Below, piece after piece: positions 54,503-64,000 of a stretch of 64,000 bases of DNA. Position 1 is the first letter of the stretch. Each line of letters opens with the position of its first letter. The notes beneath the pieces were generated by a model. It worked only from the letters and a program-made list of their open reading frames with translations. It made no database searches and was not told the origin of the DNA. Both the position numbers and the translations under genes were made by a program. Source of the DNA: Zancudomyces culisetae HAW-14-8 (Eukaryota; Fungi; Kickxellomycota); NCBI GenBank assembly GCA_052426225.1, contig JBNJNM010000015.1:62001-126000 (forward strand), in the 5' to 3' direction.

Positions 54503-56224
54503 TTATCCTTGTTATTATTTATTACAACTCTGATTCTCTTTATATTTGTGTTTTTACAAGATATTCCAAAAAAAATTGAATAAATGTATACAAGTCTATC
54601 TTTTTTTTAATACTTTTTAATGAATAAATATTATATAGCTTGTTATTCGTCATCGTTCTTGTTGATTTATGTTTATATTCCAAAAAGAGTTTGCGTACCG
54701 AAAAACCCCCTTCCCCACCCCCCCCCCAAAAAAATCAAAAATTATGAACCGATGCAATATTTCGGGGATAGTGATAACAAATATGTAACAAAACAAATTT
54801 TTGGTGTATTTTGTTTATTTCGGTTAAAAATACGTGTAGATGCCATTCTTATTGTGACTATTATTATATATCTTTACATGGTTGATTCAAACAAAAAAAA
54901 ATCAACCAAGTTATTTGTGTATATTGTTCAACTAGATTGGATCACATCACATCACATCAAATTGAATTGTATTATATTTTATTATATTGGGTTGGTCTTG
55001 ATTTGTAGTATGAATCTGTGAAACTACAACATTTAAACATAAACAAGCTATTGTATAACTAGAGAGCTTTGTTGCTGTCATAGGCCGTTTTATTTTTTTT
55101 TTATATTTACATTTTTATTTTATTACACAATACTAATCAAAATCCTATATTACTGACCAACAATATCCACTATTTTCTATTTTGCATTTTAAAATGCAAA
55201 ACTAGAACTAAACAAATAGTATAAAAAGATGCAATTATGTTTGTGTATCATAAATGTATGTACTTTTGATTGGATATCAAAGAGAAAATTGGTTTTTATT
55301 TCTATCAATTGGTACCAAAATCTATAATAAATCATCAAGATTATATAAATCAAAATCTGATCCAAATAATTCCAGCTACTTTGCTACCTTCATATTTCCT
55401 CCCCCTCACCCCTTTATTCACCACTTTATTCACCACTTTTCAGAATGTTTTATCTTTAATACAAAAAAGTCAGAATTGCTATTGAATAAAAGTATGACTT
55501 TATCAAAGACGTAAAAAAAACTAGAAGCTGCGCAAAAAATAAAAAACAAAAAAAAATACAAGCTTAGACTCAAATAACCATCTAATAATAACAACGGTAT
55601 AACGTAAGCAAAGGTAAAAAAAAAAAATAGAATCACAATCACCACTAAGTCTTGCCTCATTATTTTTTTTCTTAGTAAATGTATGACAAAGAGTTTGTCA
55701 AATATAAATCACGCTGTATTTTACAAATCTCCAAAAATAAAATAAAAATACACCCAGTTTTATTTTTTAGATTAGTTGAGACGTTCATTTTACTACTTTT
55801 TATTTTTTTTATTTTTTAGTCAATAACAAAATGTTTTAAAATCAATTACTGTAATACTAGATTTTTATATAAAGTATTTAATGAGTTTAGATTTTTCCAC
55901 GTTTTTTATATCCTATTTGCTTATCACTACTGTTTTCCTTGTTTCACCATTTAAATAAAGCTTGGTATAAAAAATAACAGGAGCTTTTAAAATCAAATAT
56001 AGGAATCAGTTATATATAAATAAACATAAATTATCAAAACCCACAAAACTAACTATTTCTAGATCAAAAAATAAAATATAATCCACTCTCTATTTCTCCC
56101 TTCTGATCATTCTTATTTTGTCAAGATTTGATTTTATAAACAATACAAGGATATTTACCGAACTAACGATAAAATAAAATAAAATAAAACAAAAAAAAAA
56201 CTAATAGTAATAGTAATAGTAATA

Positions 56225-57373
56225 ATGCTTGTTTCAAAAACATCCAACATCTTGTCCACCATTGTGGCGTCGCTGCTCCTAAGCACAAACTCATCAGTCT
56301 TCGGCTATGTACCACGCGATCAAGAAGACAGTGGAAATGGAAATGGAAACGAAACAACTATGTTCATACCAAATAACTTTACGCTTTCGGCCAACGCACG
56401 GATTATCAATGGATCACCAGCCGCACTTCAAGAGTTCCCTTATGCAGTCTTTATCTACTCTGAAGTATCTAGAAGTGCTGAAGTATGTACAGGTTCTCTG
56501 ATTGCAGATAACGTCGTGGTCACAGCAGCCCATTGTCTGCTCTACAACTTGTCCTATACATTCTCACCCTCACAGATGCTTGTCTCTGCAGGAAGTGTCT
56601 CAAACATTCGGAACAATTACGATCGCTACAAAGTCTCCAAAGTAATCCCACATCCACAGTTCAGTAAAGCATCGCTTCGCAATGACATTGGTTTGATTAT
56701 TCTCAGTTCTCCTGTTCCGAGCTCAAAGGCCACACCTGCAACTATATACAATGAGAGTGTCAAGGACAACATGAACGTTATCGCTGCCGGTTGGGGTGTC
56801 ACCTCCAACGACGAAGACGCCACATCTGCCTCGGTTCTCAACAAAGTCCCTCTCGTCACCTCATCCTCCGCTACCTGCAAGACACTTAACCCTTTCTGGT
56901 CCTCTAACAGTGGCTCCAGCATTTGCACACTCAATGTAAGTGGTCAAGATACTTGCTATGGTGACTCGGGTGGTCCTCTCGCATACCCTGTAAACGGTGC
57001 AAATTATCTTGTCGGTTTGACAAGTTTGGGCAATGCCCCAGGCAGCGAGAATAGCGATGACCCGCCTATTTGTGGTGCCGAGGGTGGTGCTGGTTATTAT
57101 ACTCGCGTAGCCTACTACCTCGACTGGATCGTTCAAGTCACTGGTCTCACCAAGGATCAACTCCTGACTCCTGGCTCAAATGCCACATCGACTGCTGACA
57201 GTAGTTCCGATTCTTCAGGTATCTCCTCGCGACTTATTAGTGACTCTACCAGTTCTAATCGCTCTACCAGCTCTAAATCCGACACTTCATTCTCACCAAA
57301 GACCGCACACATGGCAAAGTACTTTGTGTTTGTGCCTGTTATCACCCAGATTCTTGCCTCCCTACTTATGTGA
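56225..57373 (+). CDS. Secreted trypsin-like S1 serine protease, probably GPI-anchored
   Basis: Signal peptide, R|IING activation site, TAAHC, DIGLI and DTCYGDSGGP (Asp at the S1 pocket), then a Ser/Thr stalk and a hydrophobic C-terminus. Confidence 0.95.
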   Translation: MLVSKTSNILSTIVASLLLSTNSSVFGYVPRDQEDSGNGNGNETTMFIPNNFTLSANARIINGSPAALQEFPYAVFIYSEVSRSAEVCTGSLIADNVVVTAAHCLLYNLSYTFSPSQMLVSAGSVSNIRNNYDRYKVSKVIPHPQFSKASLRNDIGLIILSSPVPSSKATPATIYNESVKDNMNVIAAGWGVTSNDEDATSASVLNKVPLVTSSSATCKTLNPFWSSNSGSSICTLNVSGQDTCYGDSGGPLAYPVNGANYLVGLTSLGNAPGSENSDDPPICGAEGGAGYYTRVAYYLDWIVQVTGLTKDQLLTPGSNATSTADSSSDSSGISSRLISDSTSSNRSTSSKSDTSFSPKTAHMAKYFVFVPVITQILASLLM

Positions 57374-58070
57374 AAACCTTGAGACCGTTGTTGTTTTTAA
57401 ACTTTGATTTGAAACAACCTTTTGTATTGCATAATTAATCATACCTCCCGCCCCCTATTTATTAGTGGGATTTTAGTATATATAATGTACCCTGCATAAT
57501 ACAATATGTTATAGTATAGTACAGTACAGCATCTAAAGCAGTTTTTTGTCATCAGTCTGAACCGATTATTGCTTTTGGTGTAATATGTACTAACGAATTA
57601 AGATTCACCCCCCTTCCTTCGTTTCCCTACCCTAATAAACTTATGATTTATCTTTACACTTATCACACATACACGGTTTTGAGACTAAACTACTCATATC
57701 TACCTATTGTACAACATTGACATTGCATAGAGTCTGTACAATACAATTTTAAATTATCATTCAAGGTTGGGGGGGGGGAAGGGCGCAATCGATTTTTGCT
57801 TTTTTTTTTCTTTTTTTTTAAAAAAAGGTATACCATGTCCTGGAAGAATCTAACAATTATTACCTTTATTTCTGCAAGCACTCAGTAAATTAGTTTGACA
57901 ACAATTTTTCTGATAAAAAGAATGAAATAAATAAACTACTATTGAAAACAATAACAAACAAATCAAGTAGGATAATAATGGGAGAAAAAGAAAGAGAGAA
58001 AAGCCCAACTGAAAAGAAAGACAATTCAACTCGATTCAACTCAATCTATTAACCTGGAAAGTTCACAAAT

Positions 58071-59489
58071 CTAGTTTGTAGCAATCATAGCAACAATGGC
58101 AGCTCCAACACCTGATCCATCCTTAGACAAAACAAGTTTTACCCTTGATGCACGCTCTTCTCCCAAGAATTTCTTACTTTCTTCGATAAGAGATTCCTCA
58201 AATTCTGGATAAAATTGATACATAGATCCGTCAATACCTACACTGACACCCTCTTCGCTGTCTAGAAGTTCAGGTCTCCATAGAAGGACGGCACACATGG
58301 CTGCTGCACTGAGTTTCTTAGCGCGGTCGCCTACAAGGCGGCACACTCGCTTGACAGTTTGTCTGTCTTTGAGTGTAGTTTCGGGGATGTTAAGCGACAG
58401 TTCAATAACGACTCGGACCTCTTCCAAATCAGCAGACTCATCAGCAACAATTGTAGATACATATGATGTATCGAATCCATACGCTGTGTTAAGCTCGGTA
58501 GAAGAGCGACCTCCAAATAGTGCGCGGCGGTCAATCATCCACAAAAGTGCGTTACGTGCGACTTCACCCAAATACATTCCTGAAATCATCTTCTCATACG
58601 ACTGCAATCCAAAGTTGGGTGACTTGCGGTTAAGCTTGTTGTCGTATGGTGTGTATGGCAACAGCTTGAGGGCATTGTCAAAGGCACCCCATTCCATGTT
58701 GATTACCATCTCGTCAATGCTATCCTTGTCATCGCCGTTGTATTTCTCAATTTTTGAAGCCTTCTCCCAGTAGCAAGCATTTGTTCCTGTTCCAAAGATA
58801 ATTCCCATCTGTGCGTTTGGAAATGAGTATCCACTAGTCATCAATGAACCAACTGTATCATTGACAAGTGCTACAATCTTGACGCGCAAGTGGTGTCTCA
58901 TGAATGCATCCTGTGTCATGTTGACAACGTCACGGCCAACTGCATTTGGTACGGAAAATCCCTTGTTCCACATTACCAGATTGCCTCTCTTGATTCCGGT
59001 CTGGTTTACTGGGAATGAAAATGTAAATCCACATGGAACATATCCAAGGCTTGGGTCAACTGGAACTTTGTGTACAAACAAGAATTTTTCAACACAATCC
59101 GCAATGAATTCAAAAAGTGTTGATGCTTTGGCCTCAGCTGGGATTGGGTATTTCATTTGCTCCATATCAAATGTGGAATCCCCCTTGAGTTGCACCAAGC
59201 ACACTCTAAGGTTGGTTCCTCCAAGATCCAACGCCAAGTATGATCCTTTCTCTTTTCCGGTAGGTCTCTTTGTGACATATGATGGGATCATTGGCAATGA
59301 ACTTTCTTTTCCCTTCAATCCATTGTCCATCTCTTGGTGGAATTCCTTGATGATATCACGCATCTTTTCGTCAGAAACCATAAACTCCTCCTCCAACTCC
59401 TTTAGCATGGCTTCCACTCTTTCATCTTCGTGGATACCTCTGCTTCTTGCACTGTTAAGATACACTACTTTTTCCATGTTTACTGTCAT
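58071..59489 (-). CDS. HXK: Hexokinase, 472 aa, intronless
   Basis: LALDLGGTNLRV, GFTFSFP, WNKGF, VNDTVG, IFGTGTNACY, INMEWGAF, EKMISGMYLGE, DGSGVGAA. Confidence 0.97.
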   Translation of the reverse strand: MTVNMEKVVYLNSARSRGIHEDERVEAMLKELEEEFMVSDEKMRDIIKEFHQEMDNGLKGKESSLPMIPSYVTKRPTGKEKGSYLALDLGGTNLRVCLVQLKGDSTFDMEQMKYPIPAEAKASTLFEFIADCVEKFLFVHKVPVDPSLGYVPCGFTFSFPVNQTGIKRGNLVMWNKGFSVPNAVGRDVVNMTQDAFMRHHLRVKIVALVNDTVGSLMTSGYSFPNAQMGIIFGTGTNACYWEKASKIEKYNGDDKDSIDEMVINMEWGAFDNALKLLPYTPYDNKLNRKSPNFGLQSYEKMISGMYLGEVARNALLWMIDRRALFGGRSSTELNTAYGFDTSYVSTIVADESADLEEVRVVIELSLNIPETTLKDRQTVKRVCRLVGDRAKKLSAAAMCAVLLWRPELLDSEEGVSVGIDGSMYQFYPEFEESLIEESKKFLGEERASRVKLVLSKDGSGVGAAIVAMIATN

Positions 59490-62400
59490 TACTTTTGAAT
59501 ATTTATATATCCTTTTTTCTAAGACTCAAAGTTATTCTAAAACAATATCCAAAGCATTTAAAAACCAGAAAAACTTTTGGCTATTTATACATAAAATCAA
59601 TCCTCACTTTTTTTTTGTTTCTCTTTGGTGGTTATTTTTTGTAACAACCTGATGTTTTTCTATTTCCTATTTACTATTTACTATTTCCTGTGTTTTATTT
59701 TCTTTTTTGCATTTTTTTATTTTTCTGATTTTAAATGGTACTATGACCTTCCCCCTTTCCGATTTCAATTGTTCAATTTTAATGAATTTTCACTTATCCA
59801 AATGTTTAGCTGTTCCTTTTTCTTTAATTTTTTTCTCGGCCGATTATTTTTCATACTCATCTACTATCTTCCCTCCTCCCCTTACCCCTTATTACTTTGC
59901 CACTTTGTTTGTGGCATGTCAATGCATTTATTTTTTCTATTTTTTTGCTTTTTTGTTTTGCTATTCCGCATTTAACCCTCCCCTTTATTTAGTACTGCAT
60001 AGGTCAGTTGGTGTTTAAATGGTTCAACATTATTTAGAAAGTCACATTTGTATTAAAACTATATTCTGTGATAGTATACGTAATAACTTAACCTTTTTCT
60101 ATCCCTCCCCCGTCTCCCTCCCCCGTCTCCCTCCTCTCCCTCCCACTCTTTCCTCCACTTACAAATTCAGGCAATTAAACAAATTGTCCGTAAAAATGAA
60201 TAACACAGGTGATGTTTCCTATGCCATACTCACATTGATCTGTTTTTTTTTCACTTTAGTCACTTTTGGTTATATAATTGGCGAATAATTTGGCTGTATT
60301 TTTTAATCTTATGGTGCTATTCTATTTTTACCCAATGATTATTGAAGAATTTACATTTTGTACAAACAATCAAACCAAATTTGTGATTTCGCTAAATTTG
60401 TCGCAACATGCTTTTCATCACATCAGTCCAGCAAATAACCACCTCATACATTACCGCTTTTCTACAACTTTCCCCCATTCCGTTCTACTGTTCCGTTCAT
60501 CCCATCATGTATGAAAAGTCAAAAAAATGCTTGTTAATTGTTCAGCTAATCCCACATTTCCTACACGTATTAATCACCAGACTGGTTTTTTCTCTTTTGC
60601 TTTATTTTGTTAGCTGGCAGTATATTTTTGCAACAATTATCATCTGATCATGTTAGATTGGTTTTTAGCTTTACTTATCTCTCCAATCTCTTTTATTCGC
60701 TACTGTTTTCCATTATACATTGGCTTTTTTTTTCATCAAATTATATTAAAGCATTTTGAATACCTCAAACATTATGGCATTACTAATTTTCATGTGCTGC
60801 AAATGTTGCAACGCAAAACAATGTTAGGCTTTATTTTTCTGCACTTTTTAGAGCCTGTTTATCAAGCATTTTAAAAATACAATGTGGTTTACGTTAATCT
60901 ACCCCCTTTTTTTTCTTCACATTATTTTATAGATCTTGGGAAAACAGCTACTACTTTTTATTTAATTGGTTTAAAATACCATCCGCTCTCTCTCCTATCA
61001 TAACAATCAGAGTTTGTACAGCTCTTATTTGGGTTTGCATAGCTCTGAAAAAAGCAAGATGACATTTTTAGTCAACTGCATATCGGGCAAGGCGTAAAAA
61101 AAACAAACATTATTATTCTTTCTCTAACATGCAAGTGCCTTTGCGACCCCCAACCCTCCAGCACCATCAACTTTGCGGTATATAACATGAATACACTCAA
61201 CAATAAAATATGCTGGTACCTCAAAACTCTATATAAATACTCATAAAAGGTCCGTGTTTTTGGCAAGTACCAACCTACGCTCACGTTTCAAAACTCTCTA
61301 TTTCCGTCTTTCGAATTGCGTCATCATTTTGTTCAGAGCTAATCAAAATTCAATCATAAATGTGGCTTTCTATTTTAAGCAAATAATAATTATTCATCGA
61401 TTTTCTGCTTTTCCGGATTACGGTTTTTTTCCCCAGAAATAAAATTCTAAACTATATGCATTCAACATGGCTTGACTTCAAGGGAAAAAAAAATTAACAG
61501 ATCCAACTCCACAATATAATTGTTGGCTTTTCCTCTGTACAATAAGTTTAGTAAATAAACATGACATAAAACACACAAATATATCATTAAACGAAGTTTT
61601 TTTTACACCAATAAGCACATATACCGGAATTAACCCATGAAAACCCGGAGTTTACTGGCCAAACATGTGTATTATTCTCCAATTGAGCCTCGATCCCAAA
61701 ATTATTCCCAACAAAACTATCAAATGCTTGAATACCTAACCCCCCACCTCCCCGAGCTATAAAGGATTAACATGTTCTACTATTTGTGATCTTTCTGCTT
61801 TTGATGCTCATCTGCTCAAACGAAACCACAAATGTGAAAACATTACTGGTTATAGCCTGTAACTCGTTTTTAAATGTGTTTCAACTTTCATCAGTATCAC
61901 CATCCACTCAACGAAACATTGGGTATAAACATGCGTAGCCAGCTCCTTGAAAAAAAAAACTATCGCAGCTATTCTGTCGACTCTTCTCACAAATCTACGC
62001 CTGGTACTGTTGATTTGTTTTTTAAGACATGGGTAAAATACTGATTGTTTAAGAACTTGCTCCAAAATACACTCATTCACAACTGGCTTGCAATTTTTGT
62101 CACTGTTTATAATACATTTGTTGAAATAATAAAAAGAAAAGTTTGATAGTTGGTAGGATTACAAAAATAAAAATAAAAGTAGCCTGGAATAAAAAAAAAG
62201 GGGGATGAGGGGAGTAGGAAGACCGAATAGCAAGAAGCAATCTATTTGTGGTTACAATTGATCTCACATTGATAAGGAAACATTTGTTTCAGTATTGTCA
62301 CAATCCTTGCAAATAGTACCTCCCTCAAATTAGTAACCGAAAGGTAGTATCACATGTGAAAGTGTGGCACAGTTTGTTCATGATAAAATTGCTCATACTG

Positions 62401-62821
62401 GTGAATCCAAACTTTCCTTAAAGCTATTAAAAGTATAATAAAATATCTTTTGCTGAGGTAAAATAAATAAAAATCGATTACTGGTAACAACTGAGGCCAA
62501 AACTACTCAGTTGAGTAGGTTTGGCAATGTGTGTAGTTAGTTACATACCACACTTGAAGATTATGTAGTAGAAGTAAGTTGGTCTGGCTCTTAAGTGGGT
62601 AAATGGAGATGGAGGTTTTGATTAGTTAGTCCTTTTAATACCCAGCACTGATAAGGTTTGGTATGAAATAAGTCTTTTTCTTGTTCGTTAAATGCAAGCA
62701 TCGGTTAATAATATACATCATTTGTTCATAGCTAAAGAAATTTTTTAAAAAAATAATTAAATTGAAACAGTGGGGAATTAACTCAAAAAAAGAGGAAATG
62801 TATACCAGTGACAAAAATACA

Positions 62822-64000
62822 CTAGGCTCTGCAACCAAGTCTTATGTAGCTTGAGAATCGAATTGTTGAGTAGGCTGGAATTTTTGATGGACCTGTGATA
62901 TAGACTGGAGACGATGTAGTTGATAGCAAAGCACCCTCATAAGTTGGTGATTGCCAGGCTGAAGCATATGCCGCTGCTACTTCATTGGCGACTCTTGCAA
63001 TGGCTGTGGCATCATGAGCAGATCTAGCTACTTTATAACTTGGTACATTGGTAACTCCAGTAGTGAAGGAGTCTGCGATGAACAGTGGGTTGTTTGAAGT
63101 AGAGATATCATCAATCTTGTAGGCTGAGATCAATCCAAGCACAGAATCTGTTGTAATAGTAAACTTTTCATCCAGCAAAATGCTTCTTGCTGCAGCCCCT
63201 ACAAGAGCGTGTACTTTTGTAGTTGGGTGGATATCATCCATAAATGCATATTTGCTGGAGTCTGTGCATGCAGAAATTAATGATCCATCTGTATTTGTTA
63301 CAGAGCACGGTGAAGTGGTATTTTTGAGCCCCATTGCGGCGCTTACTATCGGGTTCTGAAGTTGGTACACAAGTCCGAAAAAGTCCAGCACTCTTATATA
63401 CTCAAGATCTAGCCCTTTATTTTGTGTAAACTGTGAGATAAAAACCTGCGTTTTGGTGTTTATAGCTGTTATAAACGTGACAAGCTGTTGACGCAATGGT
63501 ACTGGAAAGGTGAAAGCTCTAGCACTTGATGAAATGTCTGGTATATTCGATACTAGTATTCTTTTGTAACCCATGTCTGTCAAGCGCGAAATAGATGACC
63601 CAATGCTTGAGGCTATTGATGATGAATAGGTATCAAGATCCACAGCTCCACTGGATAAACCGCTAAGCCCATCTAGGACGTCATTGCCTCCGATTTCAAT
63701 GGCTGCTATGTCGTTTGATAGTACTGCCTTTGAAAAGAGCCCATGAAATGTACTATTGAACATCCCAATTTGTTTGTAAGCGTCGGGGACTGTGATTTTA
63801 ATATTGTCAAAAAGCTCTATTCCTGTGTTGTTCGATGTTGCACCACCATAAGCATAGTTAATCAAAGTTGATCCACTCCATTTTGCGAGATACTCATTCC
63901 ACACTGGTCCGTTCGAGAATCTTCCCATCCACCACTGTACACCATTGGTTAGTGGTTGGGTGAAGAGATTTCCGATGTCAGAAAGGCTGTTTCCAAATAC
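62822..64000 (-). CDS. GDSL/SGNH hydrolase (thermolabile-hemolysin/lecithinase-like), 5' end outside the window
   Basis: The frame is open to the window edge: VFGNSLSDIGN (block I), GRFSNGPVWNEYLA, NYAYGGAT (block II), IGGND (block III), FMDDIHPT (block V). Confidence 0.92.
   Translation of the reverse strand, partial: VFGNSLSDIGNLFTQPLTNGVQWWMGRFSNGPVWNEYLAKWSGSTLINYAYGGATSNNTGIELFDNIKITVPDAYKQIGMFNSTFHGLFSKAVLSNDIAAIEIGGNDVLDGLSGLSSGAVDLDTYSSSIASSIGSSISRLTDMGYKRILVSNIPDISSSARAFTFPVPLRQQLVTFITAINTKTQVFISQFTQNKGLDLEYIRVLDFFGLVYQLQNPIVSAAMGLKNTTSPCSVTNTDGSLISACTDSSKYAFMDDIHPTTKVHALVGAAARSILLDEKFTITTDSVLGLISAYKIDDISTSNNPLFIADSFTTGVTNVPSYKVARSAHDATAIARVANEVAAAYASAWQSPTYEGALLSTTSSPVYITGPSKIPAYSTIRFSSYIRLGCRA

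Noticed and set aside
59507-59516. ATATCCTT (U12 AT-AC donor-like) here, with similar strings near 16232 and 35009
   Set aside because: All are antisense to genes or intergenic; none lies at a modelled exon boundary.
59500-62800. Short F/L/I-rich ORFs in AT-rich intergenic DNA, also at 6-9.4 kb, 12-13.9 kb, 43-44.8 kb, 48-50.4 kb and 54.6-56.2 kb
   Set aside because: These are compositional artefacts, and I could not build a spliceable gene model. Very small multi-exon genes cannot be excluded.
63928-64000. Suspected frameshift between the GNSLS and GRFSNG blocks of the GDSL gene
   Set aside because: A recount shows 72 nt in frame, so the gene is intact and only cut by the window edge.

Overview
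Eukaryotic, AT-rich, intron-containing fungal DNA. Gene content suggests an early-diverging fungus, possibly Kickxellomycotina/Harpellales; this is inference only. I could support 16 protein-coding genes, with exon boundaries reconstructed by hand from GT-AG sites and reading-frame continuity: CRIPT (5 tiny exons, mostly missed by the ORF track), CDC42, TIM21, an orphan secreted/GPI protein, twinfilin, a HAUS3/augmin-like gene, a single-exon 4575-aa VPS13, MSS4/RABIF, USB1, a secreted PLC-like phosphodiesterase, a Herp/Usa1-like UBL protein, cytosolic AspRS, PAC2, a BET bromodomain protein, a trypsin-like protease and hexokinase. A 17th, a GDSL/SGNH hydrolase, is cut by the window edge. I recognised no tRNA, rRNA, snRNA, CRISPR array or intact mobile element. 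The most striking unexplained feature is a sawtooth strand asymmetry: G/A-rich stretches decay into C/T-rich ones and then reset abruptly, and the pattern shows in synonymous codon choice and in low-complexity protein inserts. Also notable are a BRD4-like C-terminal motif on the BET protein and convergent AspRS/PAC2 stop codons only 2 bp apart.
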